The position numbers and the translations under genes were made by a program. Below the pieces are notes generated by a model. The model was not told where the DNA came from, made no database searches, and saw only the letters and a program-made list of their open reading frames with translations. DNA of 63,661 nucleotides, the filler included, from Syncephalis fuscata S228 (taxonomy: Eukaryota; Fungi; Zoopagomycota), in the NCBI GenBank assembly GCA_025786725.1. It is 3 parts of 3 records of this genome, joined end to end, with 100 filler letters (N's around TTAATTAATTAA, not from the genome) between each part and the next. Parts side by side here need not be neighbours in the genome. Positions count along the whole stretch, not along the records: positions 1 to 19,591 come from JAHLTZ010000173.1; positions 19,692 to 41,282 come from JAHLTZ010000151.1; 1 more part is not named here. The stretch is one strand, 5' to 3'. Shown here piece after piece: positions 11,868 to 25,921 of this stretch. The stretch's first letter is position 1. Each line of letters opens with the position of its first letter.

Positions 11868-13946
11868 TCGATGGCTTCAAGACATTAGCATTGGTAGTGC
11901 AATTAAACCACTATTCCAATACACTTTAGGTATATATTTGGTGAAAAGCAAGACCATTTGACAATTACGCCGTCCAGTCTATTTATATATCAAGTTTTGG
12001 CCAATGCTCCGGTTTATCCAGTCTTTAATCAATGGAATCATTATTTTATCAACAGGCTTGCATTTAGTTGTTTCTATTCAACTGTGCAAGTTTATTGTAA
12101 TAAACCTATGGTTCCATCTTAACTATATACAATCAAATTGCTATATCTATAACCATGTTCTATTTATATCCAATAATGGCAATTATTGATCAAATAGTTA
12201 AATCAACAAAAGACACGTATAATTATATCATGTAAGCTATAAGCATAGATTGATATAAATAGTAGCAAAGCTATTATTATCATATAGCCAAATAACATTA
12301 TGCTGAAATTAGAATAAAGGCACTTTTTTAATAAAACAGGGCAATAAAGCATACAATATTGTAATATAAAATAAATAGACGAATCAAATACGTGAATAGT
12401 GATAGTGAAACTATACTGTATGCAACTAACCAAGCGTAATAAACAAAATAAATCAAAATCTACTAAATAATACAGTTAGCAATAAACTTTAGCTTTTATT
12501 AATATAGTTTCTACAATCTACAATATTAATGATATAGACAAATATATAGTATGTGTATACAAGATAGATATGTACAGTACAATAATAATGATAAATAAAT
12601 AGCTTAATAGCCAATGACACTCAACAGCCAGTTTCATTTTCAATAACACGGATATTTCGTTTAAATGTGTGGCTATTATAGTTATTTAACTGTTAAATCA
12701 CATTAAACAATCAATAATATGCTTAGTATTGTCAAAAAAGGTTATTTTATTTAGTTGCTAAAATATCATAAGATTTAATAAAAATCAAGTGGTTTAAATA
12801 ATCCGTCATAACACCCTTTTAAGCTTCTTTAATCATATTCCACGAATTTTCTAAATTATGACATTGGAGCGACTACTGCGATGTTTAAAAATGAATGTTA
12901 CGAGTAGATTGTTCTAGTTTGCCAATGATAAATGCCATGTTAACGATTTTATTTTGCATATCTTCACTCTTGCTTGATACATCAGCTAATTAGAGTTAAT
13001 TAAAGCAATACTACTTTCGTGTAATTCGGAATTGTTTAATTGCTAAATATGATATCTGAAACACTCTGAATAAAATATTCTAATTTTATTTGTGATTAAA
13101 TTCTAAATTTGAAAATATTTACTAATTAAATCATTTTTGTTTGCATTACACTTTATTTGTTTTAATAGTTATTTCATTATTAGTTTATATCTATTTAATA
13201 AAAACGTTTATTTCAACATTAACTACCAGTTTAATATCCTTAATATTAATTCTTGCAAAGCGTGCTCTTGTATTGTGTTTTTTAGTTATATCTGTTACAA
13301 GTATATTGTTGAAAGTCATTTGATACTAATAGTATTATTTATTAAATTGGTATTCAAATATTTGAATAAGCTACTACTTCTATTTCTTTTTCTCATTTAA
13401 TTACTTGGTCAATGTTATATCATTTTATTACTGATATTGTAACAATACCATTCTTTTTTATCAAATCAAAAGCAGATCAAGCTTTGTAATAAGCAATAAT
13501 AGCACTTGTTAAGCTATTGCAGTTGTTAGTGTATATTAAATAATCAATGTACTTAATACTTTTACTTGTGCATCTGTTGGTTTTACATTTGAAAATATAG
13601 CAATATTATTTACAATTGCCAACAAGCCTAAACTCGTCAACGGCAATCCTCAGCTTTTTAATACTGGTAAATGTAGATTTTTTAAATAGTTCAGTGGATA
13701 CTGTGGTAGATTTTCTTAATAAAAGGAGTTAATATTTTAATGTTTTATTTCTCCTTATTTAAAATCGTAATTTATTATAGTAAGCTTTTTTAAAATTTAA
13801 AGCTCAAAAAGGGGCATTATTCAAAACTCTCTATTTTACCCTGCTTCCACTTTTTAATTCTTAAAGTAAAACTTGTTCCAATTGAAGTCGCACTGCTATA
13901 CATAACAATCATATAATTTTTTTATTGAAATGCTATCAATAAATTG

Positions 13947-14600
13947 ATTTAAACAAATAATGTAACATACCATTTAATTTTATGGAACATTCAAGGCTGA
14001 TTATTGTTGTTGGCCATGTGTAGAAAGATTAATCGAATATTAATAAAAGTCATTAATCGCAATTTTATATTGTTTCGCAGTTATTATTGTTGTTACTACG
14101 TACATTGTGGTTTCTTTGCGTCTGAATGGTATCTTCTATTTTCTAATCTTCTACTGTTGCATTTTGGGCATATTTACGATTTAAGATACTCATCTATGAT
14201 GACAAGAAGGTAGGATGGCTAGCGTTTCTAATGTTCACCATTCTCTTGAGCATTCTTGCTATCAACTTGGTAGGCGTAATTACTTTGCTGACCATTAATA
14301 AAGCAAATGGCCTCCACCATATGCAATAATGATAGGTTGAGTGTCTTTACCAGAAAGATCTTGTGGCGACAGTTGTAACCAGAATATATGGCATGCCGTT
14401 GAGATTACTTGAACAGGTGTTGATGTAAATAAGAGAAATAAAGACTAAGAATTGAATACTGTTTTTTATTGATGTTCAAATACGCATGCTATTTATATTG
14501 TCATATTTGGCATTATCAAATAATATATTACTGAATAGAACAATAAGATAGCAATAGGAAAAAAACGGTGAAATGAGTAAATAAAGATGTGGGAGTCAAA
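13947..14600 (-). pseudogene. Decayed Fanzor/TnpB-like fragment, copy 2
   Basis: Direct-orientation copy of 5600-6250, nearly identical over ~14150-14545. It retains IIIAYGGG, INEYLKS*ICPKC and IFLHMANNNNQP. Confidence 0.72.
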
Positions 14601-15358
14601 ATACAGTAGAAACATTAAAGCCATTTAATACTAAAGTTGTTGCTATAAAACATACTACCAATAAATTACTGAGTGTAATAGAAAATGCAATCAAGCCAAT
14701 GTTTTTTAAAGACAAGTGTGGCTATAGAAGGTGTTATTGTTAAAATAATGAAATATAATTATATTCTAGAAGATAAAGCAATAGATCAATAGTTTATATG
14801 AATGGATAAATAGTGCGATGTTAATGCCAGCAGAAACATGTACTATATATTCAGTACAATGGCCAGTGGTAAACCAAGGCCTTCTGGTTTCTTACCACCT
14901 ATTATTATAAGAAATAAAACTAATACTGTTGCATCAACATCATAATTAAATGTAATATTCTATTGTAAGTAGAATGAAATACTATTTAACATTTATTAGC
15001 ACTGACCTTGGATATTGAAAATAGTGCTGATTAATTGACACTGATTAATTCAATCGGAGTTGATATGATACTACTTCAATAAATACCACTTCTTAGTAGT
15101 AAAAACTGATTGACAATTTATTATTCAAATTATTGATCTTTTTATCCTAGTTTGAATTTAAAGAGTCAAAGTACAATAGCTCCTTCTTTAAATAATTTCT
15201 CTTATTTCTGACATCAAATGACTAACTACATTGTATATTTGATTGTTGTGACTATTCACTGTCGATCATATGACCCTGATTTTCTACTAAATCTTGATCT
15301 AAGGATTAATTAGCATCAGTATCTACATCACCACATCTTTTTCTTATAACTTTCCACT

Positions 15359-16265
15359 ATGAGCAACGACACTTGGTCACCCACGCTATACCAAAAGCAT
15401 GCTGGCTTTGTAGCTCGCGAAACACAAAGAATCGTTTCGTTGCTTGAGCTTAAGCCCAGTGATACTCTGCTCGATGTAGGCTGTGGTGATGGTGTACTAA
15501 CCTTGGAGTTACAAAAAGCATGTAACCGCGTGGTTGGCATCGACTCTAGTGCTCGTATGATAGAGTCTGCCCAGCAACTCGGTATTATGGATGCTCGCGT
15601 TGCAGAGCTTACAAATCCCACGATTGTTGCCGACAACGACATTGGCCAGTTTGACAAAATATTTTCCAATGCTTGTATGTCTATTATAGCACATCTATCT
15701 ATCTACGTACTAATAAAACCTTGCTATACACAGGTTTCCACTGGATTAAGCAGAAAGATCAATCAAAACTGATTAATAATCTATGGGAATATCTCAAACC
15801 AAGTGGACGATTAGTATTTGAAATGGGTGGCCATCAGAATATTGCTGGTGCGTTCTAATAATATTATACCAAGCTATGACTTGCTTATTACTTACTAATC
15901 GATTAGCACTACATATGGCCCTGATCGACACCTTGAACGATATGGGCCATGATGGCGAAGCTTATTCACCATGGTACTTCCCAACTGCCGAAACTTATAC
16001 CGCGCTACTAGAAACACATGGATTTCATGTCTTACATAGCGAGCTAGAACCAGCAATTCGACACTGTCCACCGGGTGAATCAATTGGTGGCTGGATAGAC
16101 ACGTTTGCGGCATCGTTCTACAGTGCATGTCGCGACGATGCTGAACGGCAAGAATTCCGCAACCGATGCATTGAACGCCTTAGACCAGTGCTTCAAGACG
16201 AGCATGGTCACTGGCATATCGTTTATGTTCGTCTGCGCATTGTGGCAGAAAAGCAGTCTAAATAA
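15359..16265 (+). CDS. Class I SAM-dependent methyltransferase (trans-aconitate methyltransferase-like)
   Basis: LLDVGCGDG motif I, VVGIDSS, FDKIFSNACFHW, LKPSGRLVFEMGG and C-terminal YVRLR. Introns 15675-15733 and 15848-15906 restore the frame. Confidence 0.92.
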
Positions 16266-16589
16266 TAATCGGCAATGATCATATATATATATATTATATT
16301 ATATAGCAAGTGTTTTATAATGGTGTTTAAATGATGATTTATTATAATTTAAATTCAATATGCTTAACAACGTAAATATTTATAGATTAAATTCAGACTC
16401 AGATATTACGAAAAAGACAGCGATATCTGAGCACAACACTCGTTACGTATAATATCACGTGACCGATATTCTCCAATTAGCGTCATCCAACACTTCACAC
16501 CGCGAATAGAAATAATCCCTAGCAAGATATTCACGCTATTAACAACACCAGCGCTACTACACCTATTCCCTTTCAACTGTTTCGTCATC

Positions 16590-18466
16590 ATGGTTCGTTT
16601 TAATCTACCAAAGCGATGGCTACTGGCCACACTGGCACTCGCATATACCAGCTGTGTAGTGGCTAAATCTTCTTCTGGGGACTCTGTATTAGTACTACTC
16701 AATGAAGTTGGAGAGGAGAAGCAGTTCTCCGAGTTCTTTGGTGGTCTTCAAGGTAAGACGACGCCTGTCATGTAATAGTGGTTGTCACATATTTACTTAT
16801 CTACAATAATACAACTAGAGCGTGGCTTTAATTTAAAATACGAGACACCGTTGGCCGAAATAACTGATTTGGAATTAATACGATTTGGTGAAAGACGCTA
16901 CGATCATATTATATTCTTTGCCGATCAAACACTTAGTAGGTTCTAATACCGATACGTATATATACACATTCCACTTACATAATAAACAGAGTTCCCCGAA
17001 CAGTTATCGGCAAAGACATTGATTCAGTTTGTTAATCTTGGCGGCAATATCTTGGTAACAACCGGTCCTAAGATATCAGAAACAGTACGTAATCTTGGTA
17101 TGCAATTTGGTGTATACTACGAGGAACGCGACACCTTTGTTATCGACCATTTCCAGTATGATCGTGCACTCGATAAAGATGGCCGCCATACGGTATTGGC
17201 CATGACACAGCCATTGGCGACAGCATCACTACCTACTGGTCTTGGCCGTTACTTTAATTTTGACGCATCAACACCAGTACTCTACCAAGGTATTGGCCAC
17301 GTCATTTCAGACAATCCAATGGTATCAACTGTATTATCGGCATCTGATACTGCCTACTCGTCCGATACACAAGATACACAGGTGGTCGACGAAGAACCGA
17401 TAGCCGTTGGTCATGAAATCGGCCTAGTTAGTGTTTTCCAAGCACGTAACAATGCTCGTGTTGCTTTTAGTGGATCACGCCAATTCTTTTCAGATGCGTA
17501 AGTATTTTATTCCAAACAATATAGACGATAATCTAATTGGATTAAATATAGCTATTTTAAAGCACCAGTTGAATTTGGTTTACCTGGACAGTTACAATCG
17601 TAAGTATTATGACCATTATTAAACTTAGTTTATTATTTACTTAATTTGCTAATCACCAATTTCATAGATTTAAATCAAGTGGTAACAAGGCATTGGCCAC
17701 TCGATTGACCCAGTGGACTCTACAGGAAATAGGTGTACTACGAGTTAACAAAGTACTTCATCATAAATCAGACGAAATTTCATCTAAAACAGCCAGTGCT
17801 GAAAACTACCGTATTAAAGATGATGTGGTAAGTATTTTAACAATAATTAGCTAATTAATTAATTGATAATTAATACTAATTATTTCAAACCATACTTATT
17901 AGACTTATCGTATTGATATTTCCGAGTATAATGAAGATCACTGGGAACCGTTCAAGACAGATGATATTCAATTGGAAGCCATTATGCTTGATCCATATAT
18001 TCGCACTAACCTGACTGCCATAACCAATACCAAATCCAAGTCTAAACGTACTGCCACTACTTATGAAACACAATTCCAATTACCTGATGTATTTGGTGTT
18101 TATACACTTCAAATCCTCTATCAACGCCCCGGCTATAGCTGGATTGAGAATCGCAGTGTCGTGCCAGTGCGACCCTTCCAACACGATGAATATCCACGTT
18201 TCTTGACTATAGCCTATCCATATTACACAGGTGCTGCATCAGTTATGGTAGGATTCTTTGTATTCTGCGCTGTCTGGCTGTACACGGCCCAGGATAAACC
18301 CAATACCAATAACAAGAATAAGAATAGCCATACCAGTTCTACTGATAATAAATCTACAGCCAAGTCATCATCATCATCATCATCATCAACAACAACAACA
18401 AACAACGTAAATCAAAGTAAAATAAAACGAAGTTTATTATTTGCTTCATTTCCAACGAGCATTTAA
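16590..18466 (+). CDS. WBP1: Oligosaccharyltransferase subunit WBP1/OST48 (DDOST)
   Basis: Signal peptide, then FVNLGGNIL, VIDHF, LVSVFQARNNARVAFSGS, MLDPYIR, FQLPDVFGVY, VRPFQHDEYPRFLTIAYPYY and a C-terminal TM helix. Several short introns. Confidence 0.95.
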
Positions 18467-19591
18467 CTTTTTCCTTCGTACCTAAATATTAAGTGTTGGT
18501 TAGTTATATGATTACTCTGTTCTTTGTTAATAGTTACCATTGGATTGGCCACCATAATACCTAGAGTAAGACCAACAATAGTTAATAAAAGCGCACTCTT
18601 GCTGAAATCTTCATTTAGCTATCAAATGTGCCGGATGGCGTGTCACGTGTGAAATAGATATCAAGTCCATAGGCCACGACTAAAGCGGTGGATTCCATCA
18701 TGGATGGTGTAGATACAATCTCTTTAATACCCCATAGCTATATAGATGTAGATAGATTAGTACTTTATAGTGAATAGATTGCTATAACCACTTACCGTTT
18801 GATTATACGAAAGAACCCATGATGGATTAAAGGGAATGGCCGGTTCATACGGCAATAGTCCTTCTTCTCTATCTGCCTCAGATAATGGATCAGTTGAACG
18901 TCGTGCATCAATAAATCGACGTGATATGCCAAATAGTTGACCCGAAGGTAATGCCACTAATGATCATAGTTACAATAATGAATATACAGGTCATTTAAAT
19001 CACACTATCCTACCTAATACTTGTTTTGTTGTAATACCTCGACGTGTTGTTGTTGCACCAATTGCATCCACACCATACGGTAATGTATACATTTGTGACA
19101 ACACATAGGGTCGATGTGGATCAAAAGATGAAAATACCTCACTATAATAACATTGTATATCAATAAGTATTGTCATCTACACTCTACTAGGCTTACCTTT
19201 CAACGCGAACATCTTCGAGTATACTCTCGTACAGTTCTAATACAATGGCTTGGTATCCTTTAGTCACACTGTTCGTCCATTACCCCGTCCACTATAAGTG
19301 ATAACAAGCCAGTTTTCTGATAATACCATATGTACTGGATGGAGTGCATCCACTACTACATCGTTATAGAATGTTTGATGCAGTATAGTACCGCTAACTG
19401 TATCTACTAGATAGACATAGAGACGATCACCGGTTGCGTCATCCTTTTTAACAGCAGCAATGCGATCAAATTTGGATTAAGATATTTAAATAGTACAGAT
19501 CGATCACCTAATGTCTTGCCAATGGATGCCGTTGGATCTATAATAGGTTATTAGAATTACTATTTAATATGTAATGTCTATTGTTCTTACC
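18446..19591 (-). CDS. EMC1: ER membrane protein complex subunit 1, 3' portion (5' part lies in the gap)
   Basis: IGKTLGDRSVLFKYLNPNL, ENWLVITY, TTRRGITTKQV, RRFIDARR, EEGLLPYEP, ESTALVVAYGLDIYF and DFSKSALLLT are EMC1 C-terminal (DUF1620) motifs. Confidence 0.92.
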
Positions 19592-19691
19592 NNNNNNNNN
19601 NNNNNNNNNNNNNNNNNNNNNNNNNNNNNNNNNNNTTAATTAATTAANNNNNNNNNNNNNNNNNNNNNNNNNNNNNNNNNNNNNNNNNNNN
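19592..19691. other. Assembly gap
   Basis: N run with a central ttaattaattaa marker. Confidence 0.99.
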
Positions 19692-20370
19692 CCTAATATG
19701 ATTGTGGGCCAGCCTATGCTATGCAAATAATCAATTCCTATAAATGTGTCAATACTATAATAGACGTTTTAATTTGCATGTATACCTTGTATAATTTGAT
19801 TGAATATTGCAGGGAGTTCTGTTGCTTTATCCAGTGGATCCATATTCCTGGTATATTCAGCAATGTTTTGATCGCATCGGGACGATGTCACAAAGCAATG
19901 CTTATCGTTAAAGTCAAAACTAAGTAAAGGCCGTGCTAGAAACTCTTTTCCGTAGGCTTTCTTATTGCCCGATTTAATATCTTCATTTACAAAGCTCTGT
20001 AATAGAATTTCTGGTTAATTGGACAAACAGTGCTTTGCCCTGGCGCAGCATACCTTGTATACTTCAAATTCTATTGTTGGCTTATCACTTTTCTTGTGGC
20101 ATGCAATACGAACATGGTCATGCTTGTAATTGGCTTGTGCATAGTAATAGCTATCGGTGTTGCTTAAAACACGAGTAAGCCTGAGTCCATGTTTTTTAAA
20201 AACATCATTTTGTGACAAATCTATTCTCTCGCCTGTTAGTCGGCGGATATACATATGGAGTTATACTTCATACTTTTCAATGGTAAATATGAGGCCTGGC
20301 AGAGCTCGACCAAAAGCAGCCCTGATAGGCAGATAATAGCAAAGTGTTTTAAATTAGAAATAATTATCAT
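19692..20370 (-). CDS. Putative secreted divergent kinase-like protein, 5' part (one frameshift; 3' end in the gap)
   Basis: Signal-like N-terminus MIIISNLKHFAIICLSGLLLVELCQA, then VRIACHK..EFEVYK, FLARPLLSF..HCFV and IFNQIIQG, resembling a kinase N-lobe to subdomain VIa. GT-AG introns. Confidence 0.55.
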
Positions 20371-21186
20371 TCCAATGTGTAATCAAAGAAAAATTAGATA
20401 AAAGTTATAAACGGAGCGAGATACTAAAATGTAGTAATAAAGCTGTGTTTATAAATGTCCAAGTGTTCTACGCTTATTATGGTATAATTCATTTTTGACT
20501 CATTTAACAATGTGTCAAATGCCTTATTCAGCACTTTAAGCATGCTAACACACTCGAATTAGCTGTTCAATTCTATAAATAGATTACAATAAATAACAGC
20601 AGTTAAAACATAAATTGTTTATTACTAAAACTTCTATGATTAACTGCTACTTGCTAAAAGGTGTACAATGGTCGGCTATTACGGAAATAAGTATACTTTT
20701 GATAGTTTTTGTTTAAATAGCATAGAAAAGTGGTAAATCGTGTTCAATGCCGCTTTTGAAACCATTTTTTACTTGACACAGTGCTAATAAAAATAGTTTT
20801 ATTTTTGAGCAATGTTAATTAATATAATGGTAATGGTAACGCATCGTTATTAAATAAAATAAATGCTATTGTTGCTATCTAGAATATACTAGCACTGCTG
20901 GCTATCTTAAACAGTTTATGATTTTTAATATAATCTACGATAAAGAGTATTTTGCTAATTGATTCTATCCATCACACAGCTCCATGTTCAATAGAAAAAA
21001 ATGTTATCAAATGCAGTTATTAAAACACCAAACTACATTAAATTGTTAATAAATTCTTATAAAATGAAAAATGCTTGACAAAAAAACTGGTTACCATGTA
21101 CTATTTTAGATCATTTATCCTTTTATTTATTTACTAGTAGCAATAGTAGTCAATACAAAATGAATACTATACAATGAAAATAATTT

Positions 21187-22245
21187 CTATCGTCTAGTAT
21201 CGCTGCCATTTTTGGTTGGATAGGCAATAAGGCGACCGCACGAGCTGCTACTGCCCTTTGAAGGTGGAGAGACTGCGATAAATTGATCACGACCTTTCAC
21301 CTTTAGCCAGACTTGAATTTCTTGGATGCCATCACGGCTGCACTTTAGGCCAACGGGCACACCCCAAGCATTCTGCAGTGCTTTAGCGAATGCTTCACTG
21401 TCATATTTGTTGCCCGGCACGATACCAGCCTTGGACAATGCCGTATACGGATTAAATTTAACGCGGAGGGATAAGGCCGTGCGGAAATATTCGAGTACGT
21501 CTTGATAAGGTTTTGGAGAATCACCTAGACACTTTGGTTCAAGTGTTGAAACACATGTGCCGTGTTTATTCCATTCGTGCGACCTAGTGCATCATAATAA
21601 TAGATGGTAAATAAAAGTGAAATTAGTACACGTGATGTGCTATCAATGTTGTACCAATGTACTACCATCACTTACCAGAAAGCAGGCGCATCTCCTTTGT
21701 AGGATGGCCAATAAGTGTTCATATTTTTGAACAGCTCGGCATCTCCTTCTTCGATGATTTGGCCAAGATTATCGTAATTACGTTCGCTATCGCATCCGTC
21801 ACTTGGACCATATGTTCCATCACTAATTTATATCAATCTAAAGTTAATATCAATAAATATACAAAAAATATTGCTTACCAATTATCGGGCCATAGACCAT
21901 GCATTGTAAATTGATCGGATGGACCAAGGCTAGGATACCACTAAACATAGTGATTAAGTATTTATAAAATATCAATTAAATGATGCCTACTTGTTGGGTG
22001 AACACCATTAATCCCATAGTAGGTGAGCAGCAGCTATTGGCATTTTTCTTTGCACTGCAAGATAATTCAAGCGGGCAAGTAAGACCGCCGGCCAAGGAAG
22101 CTGATGCAGTAATACCATTGCTTGGCACTATAGGAATGTCGGATCCAGTATTTTTAGCGACACGGGCCAAAGCGGATGGACAACCAACGAGTGCACTGAT
22201 AGCACTCACGACCAATAAAGTCTTCAAAGTTGAAAGAGTCATCAT
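21187..22245 (-). CDS. Secreted ribonuclease T2
   Basis: Signal peptide, SCCSP..GLMVFTQQW, CAS I FTMHGLWPD and CAS II FWSHEWNKHGTC. Three short introns. Confidence 0.95.
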
Positions 22246-22642
22246 GATGATAGCTGTTCTTGTTCTTGATATAAAATGTGAAAGCAAAAAGTATACGTTA
22301 AATCGTCAAGATAGAGTTGGAAGTAATCAAAATGTCGTAAAAAGGTGAAGCAAAGGTTAGTGGCAGTCGCAGCAATGTGTTGGTTGTCGTAGAAGATGTC
22401 GTTGCGTAGAAACGATGATAATGAGTATGATTTGTTATTAGTATATGATCGGCTGTATTGTTCGCTCTATTTATATACAACAAACTGGATCATAGAACAT
22501 AGTAAATTTATTAATACCGAAATATCACGGGGACAATAATAATAGTTACACATAGAATGATAGTATTTGCCAACACTATTGGATGGTGATGATGAAACTA
22601 ATACTAAATAATAGTTTAATAAAGGATCAACACCAGCAAATA

Positions 22643-23575
22643 GTGAAATCCATTGCCTTAATCATCAGCGCTGGTATGACCATTGTGGCCGCCTGTACGT
22701 TTTGCGGAGTGATTACCTCGGCCTTTTTGACGTCCATTCGTTTTGCCGTGATTATTATTCCGTGCCCGTCCCTCTGTGACCATAGACACCGTCGTCATTA
22801 TGACAAGGGGCTTCGTCAGATGGTGGTTCAAAGAATGTGCTGCCACTTACCACCGTTATTCAGAGTATCCATTTTGGATATTGTCGCCTTTTGGCCTGCC
22901 ATTAACTAAAATGATGATCACATGTTACAGGTCAGCCATAGGTGATATGTGTGCTACGAAGAGCCGTCATTTGGACTTCGCCTCTGTCCTTTTCTATCAA
23001 CACTTCCTACCTGAAACTTGTCCTTGCACGCTTCATTAAATGCTTCTTCGGTGGCAAATTCGACGTAACAGATCACTTGTTTGGGATTAGGATCAACGCC
23101 GCGCTGGATTTCAATAGACACTGCCTACAATAATGTATTGTACTAACATTAACAATTGCTAATTGTTTGGATTGAATCGCTTGCCTTTTCATATACATCT
23201 CGAACAACCGACTCGTCAATATGATCGCCAATTAAACCTTTAACACAGATGGTGCGTCCCTAGAGTCATCGTCGTCATCATTATTAAGCAAAATGTTATA
23301 TAAAACTGTGTTACAGGTACATACTGCATTAATATGGCTTGTTTCCAAGGCTGGACTTGCCGTGCGACTATTATTTTCGCTGGCTAGTCGGCTGCCTCGG
23401 TTGCTACCACGACTAGTGCTACGATCGGCCGCAGAGAGTTCAGCCGTCATTGAAACACGAGAGGATGAGCGTTCCTGTGGCACTTGTAGTGTATTTAAAT
23501 GTGCATCAGCCTCTTCTTCGTCACGCGTTTCTTCCTTTGCATATAAAGCAGCCCAGATATTATTCTGTACACTTT
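22643..23575 (-). pseudogene. Near-identical duplicate of the 3' end (with introns) of the phosphoesterase/RRM gene at 32291-33225
   Basis: Sequence and ORF track match 32291-33225 with few substitutions. No upstream exons are present. Confidence 0.92.
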
Positions 23576-23844
23576 TTAAAGACAATTAGCGTTTTACTAT
23601 TGTTACAACTCCTATTTAAAGACTTTATATTAGATAAACAAGCAGCACTTTATTCTGGCGTTGTCATATAGCTTTATCCTTTGATATTTACTAGCACTTA
23701 TACTAGCACTTAGAATATAATTTGGTGGTCGATTATATTGATTTGATAACAAAGCTTTTTTATTTTTTATCGAGTATTACAGCTTAACTATAATAATTTA
23801 AATAATTTATATGACATTAAATAGAAGCATGATAAAACTAAATC

Positions 23845-24830
23845 TTATTGTTTTCATTGATATTAAATAAAGCTATTAGTATATAATAGATATGTCTAAT
23901 AATAAAATTTAAATGCTTTGTAGTATTTCATTACTAACTTAGCGGATCAGTTAATATAGCTGTTTATATATTTGCAAATAGCAATTATTTATTTATTATG
24001 CCTTCGTAATAGCTGTTTATCGTCAACAACTAGTGCCAATATTCAATATATGTATTATTTTTGTAACTACACATGTGATGTTAATAGATCATCCAATTAC
24101 ATTATGTTTTTTTTAATCACATTGCTAGAATAGTAACAATATTTTTATCTCTATAATTGCAGCAAAAATACGCTGTTTTATTTGCAATATCTTTAAATGC
24201 CAATAGAACGCTAGATTACAGACCTAAATGTAAAATTATTGTGTTAATGCTATGACAATGTGCAGCAGTATTAAAAAGTAATTCTGTATAATCATGTTGT
24301 TGTGCTTCTAGTTTTAGAAATCACAACTTAGATGACCAAGCAACACATTATCCTGTCGCTATCCTATAGCGTTAATTTCTGATACTTATTAACGCTTACA
24401 TTAACGCTCAGAATACAATTTGTTGTTTGGTTGTATTGCTTTTATAATAAAACTATTCCTTATTGGTCATTAATTACCACAGTTTAGCTATAATAAACTG
24501 AATAACTTGTACGACACTAAGTAGAAATAATGTTGGACTAGAAACTTGATTATTCCTTTATTGATATTGAATAAAGCTATCATTATATAGTAAACACGAC
24601 TAATAATAGAACTGGAATGCCTTGTAGTATTTCATCATTAGCGCAGCATATTAGTTCAGGTGACTGCTCATATGCTCACAACTAACAAGTAGCTACTCGT
24701 CATATTGTCGTAATAGACATTTGTTACTATTAATCGGTACTAATATCCAATAGATATATTATTCTTGTGATCGATCACATGCGACTTTAACTGGTGATCC
24801 AATCACACGATATATCTCTTGGTCACACTT
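23845..24830. repeat. Two old diverged direct copies of ~280 bp (23845-24120 and 24550-24830)
   Basis: Shared anchors attgatatt.aataaagcta, aatgc.ttgtagtatttcat, cgtaatag, cacatg.ga and atccaat.aca, in the same order. Confidence 0.65.
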
Positions 24831-25921
24831 TCACAAGACCCTGTCTGGAATATCAGAACAGCAACAATGTGTAATTATGTGATAAAAGCCTAATAAATAT
24901 GTGTTATTTACTTAGTAAATAGTTACTAAATCATGTATAACTTTATGTATAATGAAGCAAAGTCTATAATACAAAAATATACATAACATATGTATGACTA
25001 TTAGCAAAGAATACCATAATTGAATTAAGCAATGCTGTAGTGATTGCTTTAGTATTGTAGAGCGCTTTGAATTTACTTTGGTACAAATTTGAATTTAAAT
25101 ATTAAGCGTTCTGAAATTACAAAATTTATATACTTTTTTGTTAACTAATAACACATTGTCATGAATAAGACAACTAACTAATAAATAAAATAGAATAGAG
25201 TAAAAATCAATGCTTTATTACAAGAAATGGCGAACCATGTATGTACTTATAGTAAGCATGTGCTACACAGATATCTAAATATACGTGCCAAACAATCTTT
25301 AAAAGATAACCTCTATCTCTATATTTAGATCACGACAATATAATAAATAGAATGTACCTAGTATATTGTAGAATGGTTATAGCAGTATGAATCTATAATA
25401 AAAATAGTATTAATATATATATATATCTGCGTACTGAATAATAAACCTATAATAATAAGTATGTTGATGACTGGTGTTGTTTATCATTCGGTTTCATATT
25501 CAGAACAAATGCTATTAAATGTTAGTTAATTGTACAAAAACAAACTTGTATAATACTGTTAAATGACCCACAGCATGTTATGCGAGTAACACATTTTATT
25601 TAAATAAATAAGATTTACAAAAAAGCATTTATGTGTTCAATTAATAAAAGAGATTACATTTATACTAATAATAATACAGGACAGCATTATTATAATAGAT
25701 AGGTAGATACTATGAGTGTAATGATTGTATTGTACGTGAATTATCATTCCAAAAGTTCAAGGCCTTTGAAAGCTGCACAGTATATATTTAAATGCATATC
25801 TTGCATATGTTCATTGTAACTACGCATTATGCTTGTCTATCTTTTAGTAAAGCATTATAGTATAAGCGGTTCTTGAAAATTCAGCTGCCATTCCTTTTCT
25901 TGTCTAACTTACTTATGCACA

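Noticed and set aside
12650-13900. Decayed coding fragments
   Set aside because: No recognisable motif or sustained frame.
19636-19647. ttaattaattaa palindrome (also 41327-41338)
   Set aside because: Scaffolding marker inside N gaps, not biological sequence.
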